Below are positions 48,664-57,295 of a DNA stretch of 64,000 nucleotides, piece by piece. The position numbers and the translations under genes were made by a program. How positions within the stretch are numbered: the stretch's first letter is position 1; every line of letters begins with the position of its first letter. The DNA is from an uncultured Actinomycetes bacterium (GTDB lineage: Bacteria > Actinomycetota > Thermoleophilia > Miltoncostaeales > Miltoncostaeaceae). Location: NCBI GenBank assembly GCA_903896045.1, contig CAITWD010000022.1:4398-68397 (forward strand), in the 5' to 3' direction. The notes beneath the pieces are model-generated. The model made no database searches. It had not been told where the DNA came from and saw only the letters and a list, made by a program, of their open reading frames with translations.

Positions 48664-49197
48664 CTAGGACTCGTCTTCTTCGTCGTCTTCAGCTTCTTGC
48701 TCGGCCAATCCCTCAAGGCTGACATCCAAGAGGTCGTCGCCATCGGCGGTTTCTTCTTCTTCAGCGTCGTCGATGTCGTCGTCGACTGCAGTATCGCCCT
48801 CGAGCACCTGAGCCAGCGCAGGGGTGAGATCGCTGTCGTCGTCTGCGCTGAGCTCGGTTTCATCGTCATCTTCGGTCAAGCTCTCGAGCAAGAGCGTGTC
48901 CTCGAGTGGATCGACGATTGTTGCCGACACGGGCTCCGGCTCGATGTCTTGTCCCTCTGGGTCCCAATGCACGATGACCTCGCCAGCGAGGATCTCTGCT
49001 TCGGCAAGTGCGACCGGGTCACGAGTGATGAGCTCGCCTGCTGCCGGAGGCGGAGCGGACTCCGCGCGCAGCTCCGCCGGGTCGGCGGTCAACCAGAGGG
49101 TGATTTGCCGTGCACGCTTCGAGACCGCGTGAACCAGCGCATACCGTGACCCATCAACGTGTTCCAACGCTTGATCGAGTCGACGTCCGTACAGCAT
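48664..49197 (-). CDS. rpoZ: DNA-directed RNA polymerase subunit omega with long acidic C-terminal tail
   Basis: MLYGRRLDQALEHVDGSRYALVHAVSKRARQI omega core. GGAGGG SD before ATG 49197. About 85-aa D/E-rich tail. Confidence 0.8.
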   Translation of the reverse strand: MLYGRRLDQALEHVDGSRYALVHAVSKRARQITLWLTADPAELRAESAPPPAAGELITRDPVALAEAEILAGEVIVHWDPEGQDIEPEPVSATIVDPLEDTLLLESLTEDDDETELSADDDSDLTPALAQVLEGDTAVDDDIDDAEEEETADGDDLLDVSLEGLAEQEAEDDEEDES

Positions 49198-49298
49198 AGA
49201 AACCCTCCGTCGGTTCAATATCGGGAACAGCCCCGACACGGCATACTAGCTGACATGCAGAGCACCTCTGCATTCGGAGTGCATGGAGGCCTCTGCTA

Positions 49299-49517
49299 AT
49301 GCTCGTACTGACTCGCAAGAAGCATCAGAGCATCATTATCGGAAGTGAAATTGAGATTTCCATTCTTGAGGTGACAGGCGACAAGGTTCGTCTCGGTATT
49401 CAGGCTCCTCGGGACGTGTCGGTGTTTCGCAAAGAGGTGCTGATTGCAATTGGCCTTGACGGGGACGGCAACCTCGCAATTAAGGATGTCACCCAAACCG
49501 ATTCTGAGGCCGCCTAG
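49299..49517 (+). CDS. csrA: Carbon storage regulator CsrA
   Basis: [47 protein letters not shown] is the CsrA signature. GGAGG SD. Confidence 0.9.
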   Translation: MLVLTRKKHQSIIIGSEIEISILEVTGDKVRLGIQAPRDVSVFRKEVLIAIGLDGDGNLAIKDVTQTDSEAA

Positions 49518-49609
49518 TTCCCTGATGGCGTTGCATGTCGCGCCTGGCATGGCGCACACACCGCAGATGATCTGACGCATATGCGGCGAGGGCGTTAGGC
49601 TGACGCCAT

Positions 49610-50263
49610 ATGTCGTCGATTCAACATCTTCTGCTCGGTCACGGTGGCGTGGTCGCCTACCTGATCATATTCGGTGTGGTCTTTGCCGAAGATGCACTGT
49701 TTATCGGATTTGTGATTCCCGGTGAAACCGCGGCCGTATTGGGTGGTGTGTTGGCGAGCCGTGGCTCCGTGAGCCTGACGATTATGACCCTCGTGGTGGT
49801 GTTCGCCGCAATTTTGGGAGATACCGTTGGGTATCTCATCGGTCGTGCACTTGGGCCGCGGATTTTGCAGATTCGCCCATTGCGAAACCATCAGCACCGT
49901 CTGGCCGATGCACAAGCCTTTGTCCGTGATCGTGGGGCGCCCGCAGTATTTTTGGGGCGTTTTGTGGCCTTCTTCCGCGCGACGGTGCCGGGGCTTGCCG
50001 GTATGAGCCACATGCACTACCGGCGATTTTTGGTGTGGAATGTCGCCGGGGGGATCGTGTGGGGTGTGGGCGCGGTCCTGATCGGATGGTTTGCCGGTAA
50101 CTCATTTGCCCGTGTTGAGCAGACTGCAGGACTTGCGAGTGCGATCATTGTCGGGGCGATCGTGGTGGCTGCCGCCGTGTCATGGATCGTGATTCGCCGT
50201 CGTCGTGAGGCGCGCGAGGAAGATACACCGCGCTCGCCGCACGACGACGGCGAATCAGCCTAA
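49610..50263 (+). CDS. dedA: DedA/SNARE-associated family membrane protein
   Basis: FAEDALFIGFVIPGETAAVLGG...GRFVAFFRATVPGLAG. Confidence 0.9.
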   Translation: MSSIQHLLLGHGGVVAYLIIFGVVFAEDALFIGFVIPGETAAVLGGVLASRGSVSLTIMTLVVVFAAILGDTVGYLIGRALGPRILQIRPLRNHQHRLADAQAFVRDRGAPAVFLGRFVAFFRATVPGLAGMSHMHYRRFLVWNVAGGIVWGVGAVLIGWFAGNSFARVEQTAGLASAIIVGAIVVAAAVSWIVIRRRREAREEDTPRSPHDDGESA

Positions 50264-50298
50264 GCACCATCGCCATGGCGCCGTGGTTGCCCCGGTCG

Positions 50299-50724
50299 TT
50301 ATTCGGCAGTCGCCAGACGCCGTAATTCGATGATCGGGATGACACGAGTCGTGTTCTTTGTGTAATGAGCAAATTGCGCCGAGCGGGCCATCTGGGCGGC
50401 GTAGATGCGCTCGCGCTCTGGGCCGGTGACCTCGATTGCCTGGGCGGTAAAGGTTTCCGAACCAACTTCGACGGTCACCTCAGGGTGCGCGCGCAGATTG
50501 AAGTACCAGTCAGGGTGTATCGGCGCGCCACCATATGCGGCGAAGACGTAGTAGCTGCCGTTGTCGTCAAGGTAGGCCAACGGATTGACGCGGGTCGCGT
50601 GAGTTTTTGCGCCAGTCGTGTGCAAGAGCAGTAGCGCTACTCCGGCGAACTGACCGCCCACAATACCTGCATTCGCGCGGAACTCCGCGGCGATCGCAGC
50701 GTTCCAGTCGTTGATCTCACTCAT
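50299..50724 (-). CDS. Deazaflavin (F420)-dependent nitroreductase/quinone reductase family protein (DDN-like)
   Basis: NAAIAAEFRANAG...LLLHTTGAKTHATRVNPLAY...HPDWYFNLRAHPEV pattern of PF04075-type proteins. Confidence 0.85.
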   Translation of the reverse strand: MSEINDWNAAIAAEFRANAGIVGGQFAGVALLLLHTTGAKTHATRVNPLAYLDDNGSYYVFAAYGGAPIHPDWYFNLRAHPEVTVEVGSETFTAQAIEVTGPERERIYAAQMARSAQFAHYTKNTTRVIPIIELRRLATAE

Positions 50725-50853
50725 GTCGGTCCTTATGTTGATGCAATACGCCGGTGTGGGCATCAGTCTGCCAATCTCGGCATGGGCGCGCCTGCTGCCA
50801 CACTATTTAAGGTTGATATGGGGGCTGCCGACATTTGATGTAGGCGCACACGT

Positions 50854-51267
50854 GTGCCATTCCCATCCCCCCGTCCCAATGGTGAAAACGTGCGTGATGA
50901 ACAGTGCTCCGATATCGACGAGCTCTCACACCGAAGTGCCCATATCTCGGCGATCTTTGATGGCGCACTGCAGTTTGCCCGCGAAGCGCTGCGTGCATCG
51001 GAGTCCGGTCACCTCGAGGATGTGGCGCGTCGGCACACATGGATTCGCGCGGTCCTTGTCGATCTCACCGTTGCGGTGCGCTGGGGAACGGGCGCACCCG
51101 GCACCCATCTCGGGGCAATGCTTTGGTATCTCATCGACCGCATGGAAAGCGACACATTCGGTCGCGAGGAGATCATCTGTCTGTGTGAGGACCTCGCAGT
51201 ACTGTCGGATTTCTGGGCGGTGCTGGCAGGCGAAATTCCGACTGCGCGCGCGGTCGCATCTTCGTAG
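50854..51267 (+). CDS. FliS-like flagellar export chaperone (tentative)
   Basis: ISAIFDGALQFAREALRASESGHLEDV...IRAVLVDL...GTHLGAMLWYLIDRM...LSDFWAVL follows the four-helix FliS pattern (LYDGAIRFL...A). GTG start uncertain. Confidence 0.45.
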   Translation: MPFPSPRPNGENVRDEQCSDIDELSHRSAHISAIFDGALQFAREALRASESGHLEDVARRHTWIRAVLVDLTVAVRWGTGAPGTHLGAMLWYLIDRMESDTFGREEIICLCEDLAVLSDFWAVLAGEIPTARAVASS

Positions 51268-51318
51268 CGATGCCCCTGTGCGACCCCTGCCTGAGGCCGC
51301 AGATCGGATCGGTCCCTG

Positions 51319-51909
51319 CTAGGCGGTCATGAGCGCCTCGAGCGCATCGAGCGCACGTGGGCGTTCGATGAGCCGCAGTGCGTGCATGCAGCCGATTCCA
51401 ATCGTCTTTGCCAGAGTTTGGACGATGTACAGCCGGGTACTCTGAAGTACATGGGCTTCAATTCCGCCCGAGGCCGCATTGACTGTCGCGGTAATCGACA
51501 CATCGCCGATCTGTCCCAGATTTTTCCCGACGCCATGGCCCGGCCTGAGGCCGACTTTGTGCAGCGAGATCATGCCCACCTCGTGATGGACGCCAAGTGC
51601 GGCATCGATTGCAACGACGATGGGGCGGTCGTCTTCGCTGAGGATATGTGTTGTGCGGTCATGGAGATTGACCGCATGCAGTGGATATTCCAGCGTGCCG
51701 AGCACTGTGTCGGGATCGCATCCAGAGCGGACAAGCCATTGTCCGACGAGCGGCCCGAGTGCATCACCGGTTGAGCGATCGGTTCCGATGCAGGCAAAGA
51801 GCACCGGCCGTTTGGGCGCTCCATGGTGGGTCAGCGCCGTGACCAGCTCAGATGCGAGTCGCGTTGCCGCGTTGGGATCACTCCCGATGACGTGAAAATC
51901 GTGTGGCAT
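51319..51909 (-). CDS. YyaC-family (spore-protease-like, DUF1256) protein
   Basis: VLFACIGTDRSTGDALGPLVG...AIDAALG...RPGHGVGKNLGQIGDVSITATVN...VLQSTRL matches B. subtilis YyaC as I recall it. Confidence 0.8.
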   Translation of the reverse strand: MPHDFHVIGSDPNAATRLASELVTALTHHGAPKRPVLFACIGTDRSTGDALGPLVGQWLVRSGCDPDTVLGTLEYPLHAVNLHDRTTHILSEDDRPIVVAIDAALGVHHEVGMISLHKVGLRPGHGVGKNLGQIGDVSITATVNAASGGIEAHVLQSTRLYIVQTLAKTIGIGCMHALRLIERPRALDALEALMTA

Positions 51910-52035
51910 AGCTGGGTCCGATACCGTTCGTTGTGCGATGTACCGGCAGGTTATGCCTGTTGGGTATCGGTCCTGCCACGCGTGGGAAGGGTCTGGCACT
52001 AGCCGATATGGCAGGTGCATCCTGACCTTGGATAC

Positions 52036-52356
52036 TCAGTCGGTGCGTGTCTGACTGGCGGATCGCCGACGGCTGCGCATGATGCGCCGTGGGGCATCCT
52101 CAACATCTCGACGCAGCTCGAGTCGCCGCTCTGGTGTGACATCGATCCAATCGGTGTCGGTGAGTGCGCCCTCGAGCGCCCATAAGACAATGAGCTCTGC
52201 ATCCCAGGGGCGCCATGCGCGCAGCCTTCGGTATGCCTGGGCTGCCCCGACGGCTTTGAGCTGCTCCGGGTGATCGATGCCGATCTCATGGAGCCACTGA
52301 GTCAACGCGGGATCAATGTTGCGCATCTCCAGCAGAGCGAGAGGGGGTTCGGTCAT
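52036..52356 (-). CDS. TfoX C-terminal domain protein
   Basis: NIDPALTQWLHEIGIDHPEQLKAVGAAQAYRRLRA...LWALEGAL is TfoX_C (HhH-like). ATGA overlap with the hflX stop. Confidence 0.75.
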   Translation of the reverse strand: MTEPPLALLEMRNIDPALTQWLHEIGIDHPEQLKAVGAAQAYRRLRAWRPWDAELIVLWALEGALTDTDWIDVTPERRLELRRDVEDAPRRIMRSRRRSASQTRTD

Positions 52357-53831
52357 CGAACGCCGTGTCCCGCAAGCGCAGTACGCAGTCGCGATGCTGC
52401 AGCAGGGGGCATCATGGCGGTCACCCGCAGCCCTTCATCGGTGTGATCCTCGGTGATGTCGCGACCGACACGATAGATATCTGAGAGCAGCACGCCAGCG
52501 CTCCATGGGATGACGACATCGAGATGGGTGAAGCGTGCACGTGCAATATCGATGAGCCGGTTGCGCAGATCCTCGAGCCCTTCGTCGCTCGTCGCCGACA
52601 CCAAGACCGCGTCAGGGTGACGCGCGATGAGCGCGGCGCGCTCATCGAGGGGGACCAGATCAATTTTGTTGAGCACACGCAGGCGAGGGATCTCGCTCGC
52701 CCCGATCTCCTCAAGCACCTCTTCGACGGCAATTGCCTGCGTGAGGCGTCGGTGTTCGGGTTCTGAAGCGTCGGCGACATGGAGAATCAGGTCGGCATCG
52801 TGCACTTCATTCAGTGTTGACTGAAACGCCTCAACGAGCTGATGCGGGAGGGCGCGGATGAACCCCACAGTGTCGGAGAGCAGAATTTCGTAGCCACGTG
52901 CCTCAAGTGCGCGGGTAGTGGGGTCGAGCGTCTCAAACAGCGCGTCATTGACCGAGACCTCGGCTCCTGAGAGTGCATTCATCAGGCTCGATTTGCCGGC
53001 ATTTGTATAGCCGGTGAGTGCCACCCGAGGAGCCCCTGATCCAAGTCGTCGCTCGCGCATGGTGGCTCGGGAGCGGTCGAGCTCGCGCAGACGCTTACGC
53101 AAGACCCCCATGCGATTGCGCAACAAGCGGCGATCGGATTCGAGTTGGCTTTCACCGGGCCCTCGGGTACCAACACCACCCCCGAGCCGCTCAAGGTGCT
53201 GCCACAGCCCCTCTTGGCGTTGATAGGAGTATTCGAGCTGGGCGAGCTCGACCTGCAGCTTCCCTTCAGCGGTTGTTGCATGGAGCGCGAAGATATCGAG
53301 GATGACCGCGGTGCGATCTACGACGCGGATCGAGAGCCGGTCCTCAAGCGCGCGCTGCTGACCAGCGCTGAGCTCACCGTTAATTGCGACGAGGTCGGGC
53401 TTCTGCTCGTCCAAGAGCTCCTTGAGCTCGTCGAGCTTTCCTTTTCCGAGGTATGTCTTGGCGTCAGGGCGTGTGCGCTGTTGCACCATTTGGGCGATCG
53501 TCAGCGCGCCACCCGTCTGCAGGAGCTCGACAAGCTCGCGCAGGGAATCTTCAGCGTCCTCGTCAAAACGGTTGACCGAACTGATGACAATGGCCGTTTC
53601 TGGACCCTTGTCGATGAGGTTCTCGTCGTCCTCGTCGCGCTCCGCCCGCCCTCGGTAGGTGCGTTGGAGTTGGCGATCCTTGCCATGATCGAGATAGCGG
53701 TCTTTGCCCACACTGGCAATATTGCACCTTCGGCGGCGGATCGTGTCGTTGGGTGGCGATTCCGAGAGACTTTTGCCACACCACGGATTCGCGTCCTGCT
53801 CGGCTAGATTCGAGGTAGCCACATGTGGCAC
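52353..53831 (-). CDS. hflX: GTPase HflX
   Basis: HflX N-domain (DRTAVILDIFALHATTAEGKLQVELAQL) and G-domain GYTNAGKSSLMNAL. Start uncertain: GTG 53831 or GTG 53711. Confidence 0.9.
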   Translation of the reverse strand: MPHVATSNLAEQDANPWCGKSLSESPPNDTIRRRRCNIASVGKDRYLDHGKDRQLQRTYRGRAERDEDDENLIDKGPETAIVISSVNRFDEDAEDSLRELVELLQTGGALTIAQMVQQRTRPDAKTYLGKGKLDELKELLDEQKPDLVAINGELSAGQQRALEDRLSIRVVDRTAVILDIFALHATTAEGKLQVELAQLEYSYQRQEGLWQHLERLGGGVGTRGPGESQLESDRRLLRNRMGVLRKRLRELDRSRATMRERRLGSGAPRVALTGYTNAGKSSLMNALSGAEVSVNDALFETLDPTTRALEARGYEILLSDTVGFIRALPHQLVEAFQSTLNEVHDADLILHVADASEPEHRRLTQAIAVEEVLEEIGASEIPRLRVLNKIDLVPLDERAALIARHPDAVLVSATSDEGLEDLRNRLIDIARARFTHLDVVIPWSAGVLLSDIYRVGRDITEDHTDEGLRVTAMMPPAAASRLRTALAGHGVR

Positions 53832-53854
53832 CCCCCCCGATCGAAGGAGCCGTC

Positions 53855-54112
53855 ATGCCATTCGAGCGAGATGTTGATCACGCATTTTCGGGCCAATCGC
53901 CCATTCATCTACACATGGCCAAATACATCATCGATCAGGTTGCCGACGGTCGGCATCTCAGTGATGTGATGGAGGATGCGAATCTGACGAGTTCGCTGTC
54001 GGTGGTTGACCGTCGCGCAATGTTGGAAGACCCACGGGTCACCGCCGCAATACGGGCCGACATCATCACCGAAATGCGTCTGAAGCTGGATGCGATGCTC
54101 GGGCAATCATAA
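53855..54112 (+). CDS. Hypothetical 85-aa protein
   Basis: ATG 53855 preceded by GAAGGAG 5 nt upstream. No family recognised. Confidence 0.55.
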   Translation: MPFERDVDHAFSGQSPIHLHMAKYIIDQVADGRHLSDVMEDANLTSSLSVVDRRAMLEDPRVTAAIRADIITEMRLKLDAMLGQS

Positions 54113-54231
54113 GTCCACACACCTCGCCAATGACGTCGGTCTGCGCAGTATCGACGACGTTGTCGTACTCCTCTCGTTGGGAGCGCGCTATCGTCATGGC
54201 GATGGCGCAGATCCACGCGAGGCACTGAGTA

Positions 54232-55677
54232 ATGCAGCAGTTCTTTTCACAGAACCAAACTATCGTCGTCTTCGCGCATGGTTTGGTGTTTTTCTCGCTG
54301 GGTCTTGCCGTGTGGCTGCAGCGCCGTCGGGCAAGTCGCCTTGTCTTGACCAATGCGCTGATCTGGCTCGCCGCCTTTGCAACTGCGGAAGCGTTCGCCA
54401 CGTGGGGCAACGTCTTTATCCCCATTCAGCAGAGCTATATGGATGCCACGCTGATTAGCGGGCTCCAAATTTTACAGGGACTCCTCGAGGCCGCGACCTA
54501 TGTGCTGATGGTGCAGTTCGGATTGCGCCTTCTCGAACTCGATCGAGGGCTCCGGCGGTGGCTCACCGCTGCGTCGATTGGGATATGGGGTCTTATTATT
54601 GGCGCCGGGATCGTGGTGGGGCACGCACAGCACTGGACCGCGATTGAGTGGGAACACTCAGTCGACAACGTTGCGGCACTTTGCCTGCTGGTGACAGGAT
54701 GTGTCCTTGCGGCGATTGGCATGTGGCGTCAACGCGGCGCGCTGTCCGCTGCCGGAATGAGGGGTATTCGTCCCTATGCCGCCGCGACCGCCGCGGTGCT
54801 CGTCTTTTATGCGCTCATCTCGGCAGTGATTGTCATCGGTGCCCCATGGGCGCCTGGCGTAATCACCCAAGCGCATTGGCTCTCGCTGACAGGCATTCCT
54901 GTGGATGTCGTGCAGGGGCTTGCGGGTCTTGTGTTGTGCGTGCTCGCCGCCAAGCTCTTGGAAATTTTTGAGTTCGAGGCAAAACAACGCGTTGACGCTC
55001 TGGAGCGGTCGCGCGCGATTGCCGAGGAACGTGCGCGTTTTGGCCGGGACCTGCATGACGGAACGATTCAGTCGATCTATGCCGCAGCGCTGCGTCTTGA
55101 GGCAATTGCACTGCGCAGTGATGATGACCCGATGTGCGCAGAAGTGCGGGGCGTCGTTGGCGATCTCAACCACGTCACCGACGATATCCGTTCCTACATC
55201 ACCGACCTTGCCCAAACTCCCGACACCGCATCGGGGATTGCAGATCGGTTGCGTGAACTCGGTGCCGAGTTCGACGCGGAATCGCAGTTGCGCGTACGGG
55301 TCCATGTTGCGGGTATCGCTGCCTCTGGCCCAATCCCCCAGGGTGCGGGGAAGCACCTTAAGCAAATCGTGCGTGAGGCACTCTCGAATGCAGCCCGTCA
55401 TGCCGGTCGCTGCAGCGTCGATGTACGACTCGCGTTTGCCACCGATGAGATCGAGCTGGTGGTGAGTGACAACGGGCGCGGTATTGTCCACGACGACGAT
55501 CCCTCTGCCGGCCTTGGATTGCGCAATATGCATGAGCGTGCGCGCCGTATGGGAGGGCGTCTCGAGGTCACATCACTCTCCCCTGGGACCCGCATTACGG
55601 TCTCGATCCCCCTCGATAGCGACCTTCCGGATTCGACACCAATCCCTCAATACTCCTCTGCAAAGGTGATGCCCTAG
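54232..55677 (+). CDS. Sensor histidine kinase (multi-TM sensor, HisKA_3 + HATPase_c)
   Basis: About 7 TM helices, then RFGRDLHDGTIQSIYAA (HisKA_3) and DNGRGI...GLGLRNMHERA. Confidence 0.9.
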   Translation: MQQFFSQNQTIVVFAHGLVFFSLGLAVWLQRRRASRLVLTNALIWLAAFATAEAFATWGNVFIPIQQSYMDATLISGLQILQGLLEAATYVLMVQFGLRLLELDRGLRRWLTAASIGIWGLIIGAGIVVGHAQHWTAIEWEHSVDNVAALCLLVTGCVLAAIGMWRQRGALSAAGMRGIRPYAAATAAVLVFYALISAVIVIGAPWAPGVITQAHWLSLTGIPVDVVQGLAGLVLCVLAAKLLEIFEFEAKQRVDALERSRAIAEERARFGRDLHDGTIQSIYAAALRLEAIALRSDDDPMCAEVRGVVGDLNHVTDDIRSYITDLAQTPDTASGIADRLRELGAEFDAESQLRVRVHVAGIAASGPIPQGAGKHLKQIVREALSNAARHAGRCSVDVRLAFATDEIELVVSDNGRGIVHDDDPSAGLGLRNMHERARRMGGRLEVTSLSPGTRITVSIPLDSDLPDSTPIPQYSSAKVMP

Positions 55678-56349
55678 ATGACGACCACGCCGACTGACGC
55701 AATCCGCATTCTGATCGTCGACGACCACGCGGTGGTCCGAATCGGTTTGAAGACCGTCCTCACAAATGCGACGGGCTTTCGCGTGGTTGGTGAGGCGGGC
55801 ACGGTCGCCGAGTCGATCACCTTGGCATCGCAGATTCGCCCTGACGTGGTACTGATGGACGTGCGTCTTCCCGATGGCTCAGGCGTCGAGGCCTGTCGTC
55901 GCATCAAAGCCGATCAGCCTGATGTGCGCGTCGTGATGCTGACCTCGTATCAAGACGAGGAGGCGATTGTGGGGGCCGTGATGGCAGGCGCATCGGGATA
56001 TCTGCTCAAGCAGGCGGATGCGGAGCGCCTGATTCAGGCAATTCGCGACGCCGCCGCAGGTGAGTCATCGCTCGATCCGCGCGCCGCAGGCACCCTTCTT
56101 ACGCAATTTCGCGAATTGTCGGCCAAGCAGGCAGAAGCCGAGCTCGCCGGCCTGACCGATCGTGAGCGTCGCATGCTTGCGTTGATCGCGGAGGGGTATA
56201 CCAATCGTGCGATCGGCGAGGTGCTGCACCTTTCGGAGAAAACCGTCCGAAACCATGTCAGCCAGCTCTTGCGCAAGCTGGGCTTCCAACGCCGCTCGCA
56301 GGCGGCCGCGTGGGCTGGTCAGCGCCGCTTGGAGCTTCCGCCTGCCTAG
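55678..56349 (+). CDS. NarL/LuxR-family response regulator
   Basis: REC domain (ILIVDDH...VVLMDVRLPDGSG) plus LuxR HTH (LTDRERRMLALIAEGYTNRAIGEVLHLSEKTVRNHV). Confidence 0.95.
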   Translation: MTTTPTDAIRILIVDDHAVVRIGLKTVLTNATGFRVVGEAGTVAESITLASQIRPDVVLMDVRLPDGSGVEACRRIKADQPDVRVVMLTSYQDEEAIVGAVMAGASGYLLKQADAERLIQAIRDAAAGESSLDPRAAGTLLTQFRELSAKQAEAELAGLTDRERRMLALIAEGYTNRAIGEVLHLSEKTVRNHVSQLLRKLGFQRRSQAAAWAGQRRLELPPA

Positions 56350-56395
56350 ACCAGTGCGCGGTGTGGTGCTCTGGGATTGGCCCACAGGGTGACGT

Positions 56396-56407
56396 GAAAC
56401 CGGTTTC
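56396..56407. promoter_or_regulatory. Palindrome GAAACCGGTTTC upstream of parA-ftsZ
   Basis: Perfect 12-bp palindrome read directly. A related copy AACGGTGTTCTGG (10/13 match to AACCGGTTTCTGG) lies 10 nt downstream of the first copy (starts offset by 23 nt). Confidence 0.3.
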
Positions 56408-56503
56408 TGGGAACCGAGTAACGGTGTTCTGGCCGATAGGACTTCTATTGTCAGTGTCGAACCCCTGACACCAGGATCCTGCTGTCCGGCTGAGGCGCAC
56501 ACG

Positions 56504-57295
56504 ATGTCACGCACTGCACGAGTTTTGGCACTTGCCAATCAAAAAGGTGGCGTTGCGAAGACGACCACGACGATCAACATGGGCGTTGCCCTGAAGGGCA
56601 TGGGATATCGCGTGCTCGCGATCGATCTCGACCCGCAAAGCAACCTTTCGATGAGTCAAGGCATCGACGTCGAGAATCTGACGTTGACGATGTATGACGT
56701 GCTGGTCCGCGAAACCCCGCTGGCCAATCTCATCCACGCGCGTGAGATTGACATTGCCCCTGCGGGGATCGAGCTTGCCGGGGCGGAACTTGCCCTGACT
56801 GCCACGATGGGGCGCGAGCGCGCCCTGCAGCGTGCACTCCGTCCGATGTTGGATCTCTATGACGTGATCTTGATCGACACTCCGCCGTCGTTGGGTTTGT
56901 TGACCATCAACGCGATGGTCGCCTCGCATGGGGTGATCGTGCCGGTGCAGTGCGAGTACCTTTCGCTGCGCGGACTTGCGCAATTGCAGTCCACGCTTGA
57001 GCAGGTGCGCGAGCACTTGAATCCCGACATCGCGATCGCAGGAATACTTCCGACGATGTACGACGGGCGGACATTGCATGCGCGTGAGGCCGTCGATGTC
57101 TTGACCCAGAGTTTCGGTGACATTGTCTATCCAGTGCGGATCGGGAAAACGATTCGGTTTGCTGAGGCTCCTGTGAGTGGACAAAGCGTCCTGTCGTATG
57201 ACCCAGATGGGCAGGCCGCGCGGTGGTACCGCCAGCTTGCGCGTCTTGTGGCTGAGCGCGAATTACGCCCGGTGCCCGAGGAGGTAGGTGCATGA
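56504..57295 (+). CDS. parA: ParA/Soj-family ATPase (orphan; no parB adjacent)
   Basis: Deviant Walker A NQKGGVAKTT, LAIDLDPQSN, ILIDTPPSLG. Confidence 0.9.
   Translation: MSRTARVLALANQKGGVAKTTTTINMGVALKGMGYRVLAIDLDPQSNLSMSQGIDVENLTLTMYDVLVRETPLANLIHAREIDIAPAGIELAGAELALTATMGRERALQRALRPMLDLYDVILIDTPPSLGLLTINAMVASHGVIVPVQCEYLSLRGLAQLQSTLEQVREHLNPDIAIAGILPTMYDGRTLHAREAVDVLTQSFGDIVYPVRIGKTIRFAEAPVSGQSVLSYDPDGQAARWYRQLARLVAERELRPVPEEVGA

Noticed and set aside
49572-49612. Direct repeat CTGACGCATATG / CTGACGCCATATG upstream of dedA. The first copy starts a 5-codon mini-ORF (ATG CGG CGA GGG CGT TAG).
   Set aside because: It is short and imperfect, with no supporting structure or known motif. It could be chance. 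I note it but do not consider it evidence for a leader peptide.
53831-53838. C8 homopolymer between hflX and the 85-aa ORF, and a second C8 at 19413-19420 in the radA 5' region. I considered both as phase-variable tracts.
   Set aside because: Both are explicable as Pro codons or GC-rich spacer. No evidence of length variation is obtainable from a single sequence, and phase variation is not expected for these housekeeping genes.
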